Notes: generated by a model from the sequence alone, not told the origin. A stretch of DNA of 64,000 bases from Felis catus (GCF_018350175.1 NC_058368.1:41666001-41730000), one strand, 5' to 3'; positions 39,417-51,148 are shown, numbered from the stretch's first letter. Program-made: numbers and translations.

Positions 39417-39630
39417 GGGGCGCCTGGGTGGCTCAGTCAGTTGAGTGACCGACTTCGGCTCAGGTCATGGTCTTGCAGTTTGGGAGTTCGAGCCCTGCGT
39501 TGGGCTCTGTGCTGATGGCTCAGAGCCTGGAGCCTGCCTCAGATTCTGTGTCTCCCTCTCTTTGTCCTTTATCCGCTCATGCCTGTCTCTCTCTGTCTCT
39601 CAAAAATGAATAAACATTAAAAATTTTTTT
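39417..39630 (+). mobile_element. Can-SINE inserted in an L2 fragment
   Basis: Full head and tail. TSD aaaatgagta. Confidence 0.93.
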
Positions 39631-39754
39631 AGAAAATGAGTAAATTATAGTTATGTCAGAAGGTGGTCAGTGCTATGGGTGGGAGAAGTAGAGCAGGTTG
39701 TAAGTAGGATTGGGAATCCTAAGGGAGACATTTCAGTTTTAAAAGAGGATGATT

Positions 39755-40065
39755 AGATATGTTAAGCAACAAAACAGATCTCAGTAAATTTTAAGTTTGA
39801 AATTCTAAAACGATCTTTTCTAACTACAGTGGGATCAAGCTGGAAATCAATAATAGGACAATGGGAAAACTCACAAATATGTGGACATTAAACAACACAC
39901 TCTTAAACAACCAATGTGTCACAGAAGAAATCACCAGGGAAACTAGAAAATACTTATGGTTGAAAAAAATGAAAAGGCAACATATCAAAACTGATGGGAT
40001 GAAGCAAAGGCAGTACTCAGAGGGAAACTTAGAGCTGTAAACACATATGTTGAAAAAGAAGATCT
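39755..40065 (+). mobile_element. Internal L1 ORF2 fragment (end of endonuclease domain and downstream linker)
   Basis: atcttttctaactacagtgggatcaagctggaaatcaataa...ttaaacaacacactcttaaacaaccaatg...gcaaaggcagtactcagagggaaa. Confidence 0.85.
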
Positions 40066-40424
40066 GAGAAGACATGGCCAATGAAGTAAGAGGAAGTCAA
40101 GAGGTTGTGGTATCCAGGAAGCCAGGAGAAGAAAATGTTTTCAGGAGGAGGGAGTGTTTCATATATTCCATTATAGCTTACTGCTATCACTAAGCAGTTT
40201 GATGCCCTGCCACTGAGGCCAAGTTGCTGGTTATACTGACATCGAAGTATGTTTGGGGTCTATGAATTTAATGGAGAATGTATATAACGGTACCCTAAAT
40301 CTTTTCATGATTTATTTTTTTTCAGAAAGCAAAAATGCTTCATATACAAAATAATAATGACTACAATGGCTGATGTGAACAGTTAAAACAAAATGGATGT
40401 AACGACGTAAATATAAAAAAGTGA

Positions 40425-40642
40425 GGGGCGCCTGGGTGGCGCAGTGGGTTAAGCGTCCGACTTCAGCCAGGTCACGATCTCGCGGTCCGTGAGTTCGAGC
40501 CCCGCGTCGGGCTCTGGGCTGATGGCTCAGAGCCTGGAGCCTGTTTCCGATTCTGTGTCTCCCTCTCTCTCTGCCCCTCCCCCGTTCATGCTCTGTCTCT
40601 CTCTGTCCCAAAAATAAAATAAAAAAAAAACGTTGAAAAAAA
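40425..40642 (+). mobile_element. Very young Can-SINE (SINEC_Fc)
   Basis: CpGs retained and long A tail. TSD aaaaaagtga at 40415-40424 and 40643-40652. Confidence 0.97.
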
Positions 40643-40837
40643 AAAAAAGTGAAATTTCACTTAGAATCACCTGATACTATATCACGGCACACCTTAATTG
40701 TATTAGAGTTCCAAGGTGAAGATTTTTATTACTGTAATTGAGTATCATTGTCCAGGATGATGTCAATGATGCCAAAACTAATGATGAATTTGGAAGTGAA
40801 AACATAAACACTTGTTAGAACAGAAGAACCATAAAGA

Positions 40838-41048
40838 TAATGCACAGCATTGTGACTATAGTTAATAATATTGTATTGTATAATTGAAAGCTGCTAAGAG
40901 AGAAAATATTAAAAGTTGTCACAAGAAAAATAATTATAATTATGGGTGGTGATGGCTGTTAACTAGATGTTGTGGAGATCATTTTGCAATATATACAAAT
41001 AGTGAATCATGTTGTATACCTGAAACCAATTGTATCTCATAAAAAAAA
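40838..41048 (+). mobile_element. L1 (L1MA9/L1_Carn-like) extreme 3' end
   Basis: taatgcacagcattgtgactatagttaataatattgtattgta...tgctaagagag...atcattttgcaatatatacaaat followed by an A tail. Confidence 0.85.
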
Positions 41049-41445
41049 GTTTAAGAAGAACAACAAAGGTCCAGAAAAGACAGGGTTTGAATTTAAATGG
41101 TACTGTGATACTATTTGAAAAATCACTATAGTTGAACTTATTTTCAAAATACATGAGTTCTATAATATCTGGCATCGAATAAGCCCAATAATAATTGTGT
41201 TGTATATATGCTAATAAGAATACAACCAGAAGACTTTAAAGAAAAATCTAAGGATAAAAAATGAAAGAATATTTCTAAAGACATTTTTACTATAAAGCTT
41301 CAAGAACAATGTAACACATTAGGATAACAAAAATATGGACGGAACTCATTTCCATGTATGTGGGGGTGCTATTTAAGAATCTTAAGACATAAGAAAATAA
41401 AACGCATATACAAAAATAGAAAATATAGTCCTTATTTAATGTTTT

Positions 41446-41659
41446 TTTTTGTAAATTTTTTAATGTTTTATTTAAGAAAGACAGAGACAGAGCATGAGTG
41501 GGGATGGGGCAGAGAGGGAGGGAGACCCAGAATCAGAAGCAGGCTCCAGGCTCTGAGCTGTCAGCACAGAGCCCAATGTGGGGCTCAAACTCACGAACTG
41601 TGAGATCATGACCTGGGCTGAAGTCAGATGCTCAACCGACCGAGCCACCCAGGCACCCC
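41446..41659 (-). mobile_element. Can-SINE
   Basis: TSD cttatttaatgtttt on both sides. Confidence 0.95.
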
Positions 41660-43809
41660 CTTATTTAATGTTTTAAAACAGATGATGGTAGGATCAAGAG
41701 AACGCACAACTGATATTTTTGGGATACCCATTAATTTATACTTTGAGTGAACTGGATGTGAAAGAAATATTATTATGATTGTCATGTTTCAGTAGTATTT
41801 ACCTTACAAAGATTTTCAATACTAAGAGAATAATTATATATTTTCTCAACAGTGAAAAGGCCAGTTGATATCTACTAAAACTTCGGTAGTTGTGAATAGG
41901 AAGGAACAGTACATAGAGAGTTCATTATGTGATCACTGTGCCTTTAAGAACACTGGGAGAATCTGAAAGCACTCTCTCCCAAAAGAACCAATGAAGGAGC
42001 TTCCTTCAGGGAGAGAAGATCAGCTCTGTTTAAAACAAAGCAGAACAATGAAGCATTTTTAAACTGGCAACACCCCTCCTCCTTTTGATAGTTTGGTTTG
42101 CCCTCTTACAAAGCAACACCCTGGCATCCACATTAGAATTGAAACCGACAAGGCATCCCTTTCATCCCTGGCTGCCAACACTCCTCACTAATAATAATTA
42201 GCCATCCCTGGCGTCTAGCCAAGAGAGTTTAATAAATACTATAAGGGCTTTGGGGCCTCAGCTGCATTTCTAGCTTTAGCTAAGGAATGATGGGGGAGGG
42301 AACACCACTTGACGCTGAATGAGATCTGCTGAATAGCATCAGTGCAACAAAATGAGTGCTCAGTTGTCTGTTAATGAATGACCATTATTTAAATATATAT
42401 TTTATGTTAGAGTATGTGTAGAAATGCTCATAGGTCACAATCAGCTTTCTAAAGTTTATCTCTATACCTGCCTTAAAAACATTAATATATAGCATCATAA
42501 TATTTGATAATCACTCTAGAAGTCATTATCTTTATAGATTTCATATAGGTGTGCTTTTCTAGGAAATGTAAATGGCTTTAATTTCCAGGTAAATAAAGAC
42601 TCATAATAGTCAATGCCTTCACAATTAAACAATGTGGACAATACTTGAACAACAGTCATTATGAATGTACTCTTTTATTTACTTGATAAACCCTTCATTT
42701 TGGTTCGTGATATTATCAACCCTAAAATTTCACAAAGCATATAACTGAATGTCTTGATAAGACTAGATATTGTTGTATTTATTCATAGAAATATGGAGGG
42801 GATGAGGAGTTTCTTTCCCACGCTTGTGAAGGTTGTTCATAGAGAGGAGAACTATTGCACTTTTTTTGGTTCCATTTTTATGTCTTTATTTTTTATTTGA
42901 ATAGTTCGACTCTATGGGCAGGAGAACTATAAAATAAATTGTTTTAATTTCTCTCACACTTTACTCTTAAAAGCAGAGGAGAATGACTTATCTGATAACA
43001 AAATGAAGAAAGACTGTACAGGCATGGACTTTATCTTTTCCAGAGTGACATGTTTTCAGGATTCATTCATTCTCTGTGTCCTGGGGCAGGCCGCACCCTC
43101 TGAAGAAAACACAGAGGTTCTATGGTGTGCCTCACAGTCATGGGTGAGTCTGGCTTATTCACAGGTGAAGGGTTACAGTTTCACATCCAGCCACAGTCCA
43201 AGCAAGTATCTTTATCTCTGTGTCTCTAACTCCTGAATCTTATTTCCCATTGCTACAAAAAGCTCTAGAGGGAGAGTCAGGCTTCCTTACCTCCCCTAAA
43301 ACCCTAACACGAATGAAAATCGATCCAGGTGTTCTCTGGAGAAATAAACACACAGCATATGTATGAGTATGTCTTATTATCCTTGACAGCTTTCTGTGCC
43401 TATTTTCCTATCTGAAAGAAATACAGATGACGTGTTAGCCCTTGTTTCAAGGCCTTAATCCCAGAATAGTTCTCTTCTGCCTTGGCCAACAACAAAATAA
43501 CCTTACTTACTAGTCTACCTGCCAGCTTTCTGGACTTGGGATTTCAGTTTGATAAAACTTGCATGAATCTTGACTAGAAAGTGAACGGAACTTCTCCATG
43601 AATTTCTCTAGAAAATGATTTCATAGACCAGAAGTTTAACTCTTTGAAATCGTATTTTCAGAACATAGGTATTAAACCCCTCAAAAGTCCGCCTTGATTT
43701 CTAATTAAGAGCTGATTTACCCACATATATTTATCCAACAATTAGAGTAGAAATTATCACTTTGGATGTTGACCAAGAATTAACACACTACAATCAGGAA
43801 TTCAGAACA

Positions 43810-43815
43810 TTTATT
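43810..43815 (-). terminator. PCDH9: Candidate distal polyadenylation signal (AATAAA)
   Basis: Plus strand tttatt at 43810-43815. The minus strand reads gcAATAAAtgttctgaattcctga followed by GU-rich ttgtagtgtgtt. Confidence 0.65.
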
Positions 43816-45341
43816 GCAAGAGCTGAATAATTGTAAATAACGTAGAACTGGCAAAGCAGTAACAAGGATAATTGTTTAGATATTGATTCTGTCAAAGTCA
43901 TCAAACACCCCTCACAAACCGACAAAAATGTACTTCAATAAGCAATGCACCCCTACCCATTATTTTCCATTATACTGTGGAAAAACGTGAATTGCTATTT
44001 ACAAAGTAATTTTATTTTTGGTAAGAACAAATTAACTATCAGATTAGCAAACCTTTTTTTTTATTTTTTATTTTATTTTTTTTTTACTTTTAAACTGATG
44101 TTGAACCGTGGCATTAAGATAACTTTCACTTCTTTCAATAAAGACATTTTGTTGCATGCTATTTATTTGTTTAAATCATCTGTCATGCCTTAACAAAAAC
44201 CTCCTAAGAATGTTCGAATTTGGATTTGTTTGCACGTGCAACTGAGATCTTATGAACATTTGTTGTCACTCTGTTGGTTGGACCTAAGTGACAAGATGCT
44301 GGTACCTGCCAGGCATTGACCGACTATGATAACAAACAGTTAAACAGCAATAATTAGAGATTTATCCCTTTATTTCCCCCAACTAGCCTACCTGGAGAAT
44401 GTTCTGTTACATCATGAAGGCACAACACATTAAATATTTTGTGGCTATGGTCTAACACTTGTGTTACAACAACATTATTGTATATGAGGATCAACACAAA
44501 CTCTGCCATTTCAACAAAGTTGTAGACACACACTTGCCCGGTTGAAACTATTTTTGAATAGTAATTTTTCTTCAATATATGCTAATTTTGATACATTAGT
44601 TTTGTATGAGTGACAAGCACAGGATATTGTATTACTTGCTGAAGGATAACACTTTCCCATTACTCTCACACTTAATGCTACTGATTAAGTGATTTTGCTT
44701 TCGCCTACTTTGAAAACAAGGATGTCAAGAAAATAGGTTCTGAGTTTCCAAGCTTTTGCAGAAGTCCTGTTCTTATATAAGGTTTTCATTTTATCTTTAT
44801 TTTTTATAGAATCCCAGCATCATAAGCAATCACAAAAGAAGCAGGATTCCAGAACCTTTTTTTAAACACAAGCGTTTGAGATCCTTTGAACAATGTGTGT
44901 CAAGACAGACTACTAACGCAGAAACACCTCACTGAAAGAAACAACAAAAATAACGACAAAGAGGCAAATTAAGAAAAAGGAAAGAAGCAACCATAAAACA
45001 CGGAATTATGCTACAACATTTTTTAGGTGAACGTTGTAAGTACACAAAAGTTGTTAATAATAACTTGCTTCTATTTACAAATACTTTAACACTGATTGAC
45101 TTACAAGTATCCACTAACGTTGTTAACAGCACAATAGGTTTAATGCTTAATCTTTTTAAGTTTCGTTTGAAGTATAATGTCAAGTATAGCAGTCCCAGCA
45201 CAAATCAATGACAAAAAGAGCACAATTTTCTAACTGGATATGTTTGTCAGTCACTCTAATCCATGGAACTTTCTTACTCTCCAAATGCATATTCTATTGT
45301 TCATAGCAGCAGTCCAGGGTCAAAAGTAAAATGCAATTAAC

Positions 45342-45408
45342 AAAAAAAAAAAAAAAAAAAAAAAAAAGAAAGAAAGAAAGAAAGAAAAGAAAAAAAAAGA
45401 AAAAAAGA
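45342..45408. repeat. A26 plus (GAAA)n purine tract (U/C tract in the PCDH9 3' UTR)
   Basis: Read directly from the sequence. Confidence 0.95.
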
Positions 45409-45672
45409 TATTTGCACAATGGAGTGATCATCTCTGGAGAGTTTAATCAATTCTAGTAAACAAGATCACATGGCTAGTAGAACTATCTTCTTTTTTATGT
45501 TGTAAAATACTGTATCCTCCATGGTGCTAACACAAAGTTATGGATATCCCTGCTATAAAGGGGCATAGTTATAGAGATCTATTGAATACATAAAGCTCTG
45601 ACACACACAGTATTAGCATGTCTATTTAGATTAAAGTTATTAGGTCCCATATAGCCTTTTTTTTTTTTTTTT

Positions 45673-46046
45673 TTAGAGTTGGTGCTCCTTCGGACTCTCA
45701 ATAGTACCTCCTGCTTGCTTATAAGACTTCAGATTTGCCAGAGGAATGTCTGTCATGTGGCTGCCATTGTTGAAATGGCCTTCATTGGAGCCATACTGCT
45801 TACGGTCATTGAACTGGTTCCTGTTGCTATCTTCTTTCCAGGCTCTGGTAAGGGTGTGCCCATTCACAAGCTTGTCCTTCTTGACCCATTCTTTCTGGGG
45901 TGCAAAGGTTGAGAGAGGAGATTTAGGGTGTTGATATGGGCCCAAGCCAGGAGGCATCCAGCAATTATCAGAGTGACCCAAAACCAAGCACTCTTGAGTG
46001 CACATCTCTGTGGCTTCAGCTAATCCTCGGGGACCCAAAGGCCCAT
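45673..46046 (-). CDS. PCDH9: Coding part of the terminal exon of protocadherin-9 (C-terminal cytoplasmic tail with delta-protocadherin CM2 motif)
   Basis: The translation (D)[33 protein letters not shown]...SPKEHQL* matches the PCDH9 C-terminus as I recall it, including CM2 (CTxECxxxGHSDxCW). The minus strand reads polypyrimidine tract ...ctctgtag|AT GGG CCT, giving a phase-1 acceptor with exon start at 46046. TAA stop at 45675-45673. Confidence 0.96.
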
Positions 46047-46094
46047 CTACAGAGGGCAAGAGACAGAGAAAATAAGAAAAGAAAGTGGTTAGAA
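46047..46094 (-). promoter_or_regulatory. PCDH9: 3' splice acceptor of the last PCDH9 intron (AG, polypyrimidine tract, candidate branch point)
   Basis: Acceptor AG at 46048-46047. Pyrimidine tract at 46049-46085 on the minus strand. TTCTAAC branch-point-like motif at 46094-46088. Confidence 0.85.
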
Positions 46095-46739
46095 CTGTAA
46101 TTTAAAATTGTCACCTTTGAGAAGAAGTGCATTGGTGATTTCATTTTCTTATGAAAGTATAAGTTACGCAATTCAAAGAATTCAGTCTTTTAAGAGGAAC
46201 AGAAAGAATCGAATTCCTTGTTGTGGAAGTAAGAATCATCTCTTTCCTTCAGCCTTCATTTATATCGAGAAACAGACATGAGTAAACAGATATACCCACA
46301 AGACACCATTTCTGATCAACTGTTTCTGTGGAGTATGTATTGTTACTGATTTACCATCTAATTCTCAACAAAAAGCCCTTATTCATGAAAAATTATGAAG
46401 AGTCGAAAATTTTTATGTGTGATGTTGAAAAATATGTAAATATGTAAATGTACAACTCCATAAAAACATAAAATACTTGAAATATAATATTAAAAAATAA
46501 ATACTCTAAATGATTATATAAAATATCAGTTTTCCATAAAAACATGTTATTTTATACAAAACCACACAAAAGTAATTGTGCAACATTTTTAAATTAAAAA
46601 AAATTAAAGCATATTTTAACTGTGTGTATTACTAAAGGAACACCTGGTCTGCTGCAAGCATTCTGAAATCCAAGTAAATAAAGAAGTCATTTGCATTCAA
46701 AGACAGCATTTGGTTGTTTCCAAACCTAACCTATTTTCT

Positions 46740-46959
46740 TTTCTTTTAAATTTTTTTAATGTTTATTTACTTTTGAGAGAGAGAGACAGAGTGTGAGTGG
46801 GGGGAGGGGCAGAGAGAGAGGAAGACACAGAATCTGAAGCAGGCTCTGGATTCTGAGCTGTCAGGACAAAGCTTGACATGGGGCTGGAACCCACGAACCA
46901 CGAGATCATGACCTGAGTAGAAGTCGGACGCTTAACCGACCGAGCCACTCAGGTGCCGA
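46740..46959 (-). mobile_element. Can-SINE
   Basis: TSD caa(a/g)cctaa(c/a)ctattttct at 46721-46739 and 46960-46978. Confidence 0.94.
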
Positions 46960-48876
46960 CAAGCCTAAACTATTTTCTATATTTCTAAGTGTATTAAATA
47001 AATTCACTAGAATGAAAGTCTAGCTAAGTTGCAAATTGGATCACATGGAGTCTAATATTCAGGGGGGAAAAAGTCATCGTCGTAGATATTTATCTATTGG
47101 TTTGCTTGTTTTTCCTAGCAGGCAATCTAGAACATATATTTTAACCTTCATTTCAAAAGTAAACTCTTTTCTGATTATATAAAGAGGAAATTAGCCCTTT
47201 ACTGAAAAACAACAGCCAAATGATTCAGGAAAAAACTGTTTTGTTTTGTTTTCTTTCCCCTTGATTAAACAGTCAAGTGATAAGTGATAGGCTGGAAATT
47301 AGGAATCGATTTTACGAAGGAGGTTAAGTGGAGAGGCAAGAATGGCTGAGGCAAAAAGCATTTTCAAAATAGTCACCAGAATAAAAATGTAGAAGAAAAT
47401 GAAGAAAACATTTCTGCAACTTTGCCTCATCAACAATTAAAACACTTAATCCATTGATTGGAATGTATGTTTTTGCTAAAGCCCAAGTTAGCACTACTAA
47501 CATTTTTAAGTGCCCCAAACTGTGCTTTTTAATTTTAACATCTATTTGTCTTACTAATATTCCAGTTTTTCCTTGCATATGAAAAAAATCCCTGCTGAAA
47601 TAGGTAACAGTTGATACAAATACCTGAGACCACAAAACACAAGCAACATCAGAATGGTCACCAGATGTGAAAAAAATGTGGCTAAAATTTACTCTTTCCT
47701 GCAAATTCAAATTTTAGTCATTTTTAAAATCTAAAACCTTCTCTTTAGAACAACTTTAAAATTCTTTCTCATCTGACCTGTATTTCCATCCCGCCAAAAG
47801 CAAACAGATTTATTTCGTTTAAACACACGCTCATTACTCAACACTATTTCTGTCACAAACCTCCAAAGATTACTTACATCCTAGTATATTTAATTTGAAC
47901 TTCTCTATGAGCCTTTCTTTGTCCTCAGAATTCTGCCCATCCTTCAAAAGTTCAAACTAATTTCTCCCTTTTAGGTTCAGTTTAGTGTGCTCAGTGATTC
48001 TGTATCCACAAAGCGAACACATTTTGCTCAAACCAATTCATGCTCCTTACATTGAGATCACAGGTTTAGAAGATGCTTTTTGCATGCTTTGGACCATTTT
48101 CATTTAATTACTTATTCTTTCAAGGTCAGCTTGCTTCCCAAGTACCAAAGCTAACTCCCACAACTACACCAATTCATATTTTGTGTGTACCTTGAAGATA
48201 TCCACAGATCTCCTCTTAGTGATGAATGACAATTTTCCTAATTGAGCTTCCTCAACTCCTGCCTTAATGATACCTTTGTCTTTTGAGGGAGGTTCTGTAC
48301 TTTCGTGAGTTTCATTTTATTTTTGTTTTATCCCAACTAGATTTAAAATCCATTAATGGAAAAAAAAAAACGACCTCTCAGTCTTTTGATTCCTTATCGT
48401 GCTAAGCAACAGTGATGATCTATGAACAATGTTAATTGTTAATTAAAACTTTATGAGGTTGAAAATGTTCTGAGAAATAATTAAAAATATCCTCTGCTTA
48501 AAGGCAGACCTTAAGTAATTCTAATAGAAGATGCTGATTTCACAAACATCACACCAAAAGCTTCCTCAACAGCACATCTCTTTGCTCCACAATACTTTGT
48601 GACAGATAATAAATGAATTATTTAACTTCGCTGTTAAATATATTCACTCCTTTCAAGACATCAATGGAGATAAAGTAATCACCAATTTGATGTGCAATCT
48701 AGCTTGAGGCCTCTAAACCAACCTTCGTTTTTTACTTTTCTAGAACCATTAAGTTTTTCTTTTTTTGTTGTTGTTGATATCTCAAAGGAAAACAAATAAT
48801 TAGCTATCTCAGAAATATCAATAGAATCAGGTTTTTATTGAGTACATAAAAGGAAAGAATATGCAAGATTATTTTT

Positions 48877-49316
48877 GTTTTATTTATAAATATTTTTATT
48901 TATTTTTAATTTTATTCAAATCCAAGTTAGTTAACATATAGTGTAATATAGCTTCAGGAGAAGAATTTAGTGATTTATCACTTACATATAACACCCAGCT
49001 CTCATTCCAACAAGTGCCCTCCTTAACGCCCATCACCCATTTAGCCCATCCCCCCACCCAACACCCCAACACCCCTCCAGTAACCCTCAGTTTGTTCTCT
49101 GTATTTAAGAGTCTCTTATGATTTACCTCCTTCTGTTTTAATCTTATTTTTCCTTCTCTTCCCCTATGTCCATCTGTTTTGTTTCTTAAATTCCACATAC
49201 GAGGTAATCAAAAAGAATGAAATCTTGCCTTTTGTAACAACATGGATGGGACCAGAGGGTATTATGCTAAGCAAAAGAAGTAAGTCAGGAAAAGATAAGT
49301 ATCATATGATTTCACT
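48877..49316 (-). mobile_element. 5'-inverted (twin-primed) carnivore L1 3' end
   Basis: 48877-49200 is a reverse L1 3' UTR with tail. About 49203-49317 is the immediately upstream L1 segment in the opposite orientation. TSD caagattattttt at 48864-48876 and 49317-49329. Confidence 0.9.
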
Positions 49317-49386
49317 CAAGATTATTTTTAAAAATAGCTTTATCCAACATTCATTATCCTCATATTAAATTAAGAAATTACTCAGG

Positions 49387-49618
49387 GGGGCACTTGGGTG
49401 GCTCAGTCAGTTAAGCACCTGACTTTTCACTTAGGCTCAGGTCATGATCTCACAATTTGTGAAATAAAGCACCATATGAGGCTCCATGCTTGGAGCCCAA
49501 GAGTCTGCTTGGGATTCTCTCTCTCTCTCTCTCTCTCTCTGCCCTTCCCCTGCTGACACACATGTTTTCACTCTCTCTCTCTCAGAATAAATAAACTTTT
49601 AAAAATATTTAAAAAAAG
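49387..49618 (+). mobile_element. Can-SINE
   Basis: ggggcacttgggtggctcagtcagttaag...(CT)n...aataaataaac. Confidence 0.9.
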
Positions 49619-49641
49619 AAAGATTACCCAGAGATTGAGAA

Positions 49642-49645
<4 letters not shown>

Positions 49646-49683
<38 letters not shown>

Positions 49684-49710
49684 TGTGTGTGTGTCTGTGT
49701 GTCTGTGTGT
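49646..49710. repeat. (TG)n microsatellite, imperfect at its right end
   Basis: Read directly from the sequence. Confidence 0.95.
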
Positions 49711-49789
49711 ATCAGAATATGTGGACCCTAAGTCTTCAGCAATGAGTGACACATTTTAACAAATACTGTATTTTTTTTCAGAACTGGTA

Positions 49790-49915
49790 ACATTTATTTA
49801 TTCCATAAATATTTACTGAGCACATATTATATGCTGACACTGTGACAGGCACCAGGAATACAGCAGTGGTCAAAATAGATGTCAACACTGTCCTCATAGA
49901 GTTTTCAGGTTACCC
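49790..49915 (-). mobile_element. L2 3' end
   Basis: catttatttattccataaatatttactgagcacatattatatgctgacactgtgacaggcaccaggaatacagcagtg. Confidence 0.8.
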
Positions 49916-50344
49916 TGGGAATTTTTAAAATTCTCACTACTTTTATTTTACAAGCAGTGAACAAAGAGGGAAGAAAAGGGTATCCTTAAGAAGGAACAGG
50001 TGTCATTAGCAGTCAACTGATTTAGGAAGGCTTGTCTCTTTGCAACGTAACAGATGGACTTTTTTCCCTATTACATCATTTCTGATGTACACCTTTTTCT
50101 ACACCTTTTTCTGAAAGTTCCTCTTACAGATAATTGACAATTGAAGACATCTACAGTTATGAGTACTATACAAAATCCTGACTGGTAAAAAAATGAGCTT
50201 CTTTCCATTAAATAATATCAATCGCTCTTTGTGAATTATACTTAGATTTATTCGCACAAGTAAATTTGAAGGCTTTTGATAAAATGCATATATATTTCCA
50301 GACATTTGTAGATTCTTAGGTAAGTCTTTCAGGTAGCTGATTCC

Positions 50345-50775
50345 TGTATAAGACTGAAAGATCCACCGCAAGGTGGAACACAACACAACACTTGAATGAA
50401 AGCCAGAAGTCTGTGTTCCTTATGGCTCTAAAAGAGAAAAGGCCACGGGGCAGGGCGGCACAGAAGGTTGCACCAGGAAAAGGTGAAAAAGGGGGAATTT
50501 CAGGGGGGGGGGCGTTTATGCCTGGCAGACAGGGTGGGTGGGGTGAGCTGGTTTCCTGGGCTGTCTATGGACTGATGAATTTGAATAATTTCTCACATTC
50601 TAGGGGACAGGGGCTGTCTGAAGTTGTCTGGTATGTCACCCCTGGGCAATTAAGGAGGGTGCATAATAATCTAGGAGTGTAAGGTCTCTAGAAGGGAAGT
50701 AATGTGTCGTGTGGGATTATTCAAGGGGAAGTGACCAGACTTTCGCCAGGACCTCAGCACTCACTCAACACAGCA
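50345..50775 (-). mobile_element. ERVL-type solo LTR (MER74/MER73-like)
   Basis: GC-richer island. tttgaataatttc...ggggctgtctgaagttgtctggta...ccctggg resembles MER74. Confidence 0.5.
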
Positions 50776-51148
50776 TTAAAGAAAAAACGTAAGTATATGA
50801 AATTGTATGACACAAATTTTCTTATATGCTTGAACCACATGGTTCTGAAATATACTTCACTTTATGTTTTGGTTAAGTTTTATTTAGGGACATGACATTG
50901 AATAAGGAAAATTTTACTTGTTTTATTTCGGCCTATATTTAATCACCAGTAGTTGCCTTGATGTTAAACAACAACAAACCACCCCCTACTCCTGGGTTTT
51001 ATTTTGGAAAATAACAATGCTTCCAAATTGTCATGACTTGGTAAGAAGGGGAAAAATGCACATTTTCTTAAATTAGGGATTATTAAAGGGAAAACAGTCA
51101 CACCTCTGGTTCCCTAAAAGTCCCTGTTCTTTAAAAGTTTACAATCAG

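Larger units (their letters stand above)
43795..45672 (-). other. PCDH9: PCDH9 3' UTR (about 1.9 kb; distal end approximate)
   Basis: Stretch with no recognisable interspersed repeats, U-rich on the mRNA strand, running from the stop codon to an AATAAA with a GU-rich downstream element. Confidence 0.75.

Noticed and set aside
40425..40510. tRNA gene (A and B boxes present), here and at other SINE heads
   Set aside because: These are tRNA-derived Can-SINE heads followed by a CT-rich body, A tail and TSD.
45679..45934. Plus-strand ORFs antisense to the PCDH9 exon
   Set aside because: Short shadow ORFs of the real coding exon with no independent support.
45657..46046. PCDH9 segment as a processed pseudogene because of the poly(A) after the stop
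   Set aside because: It has an intact splice acceptor, an open frame, no TSD and a long UTR-like continuation with its own poly(A) signal.
46047..46059. N-terminal MPSV(D) of the 128-aa ORF as a translation start
   Set aside because: The start is a non-ATG codon inside the intronic polypyrimidine tract. The exon begins after the AG, at 46046.
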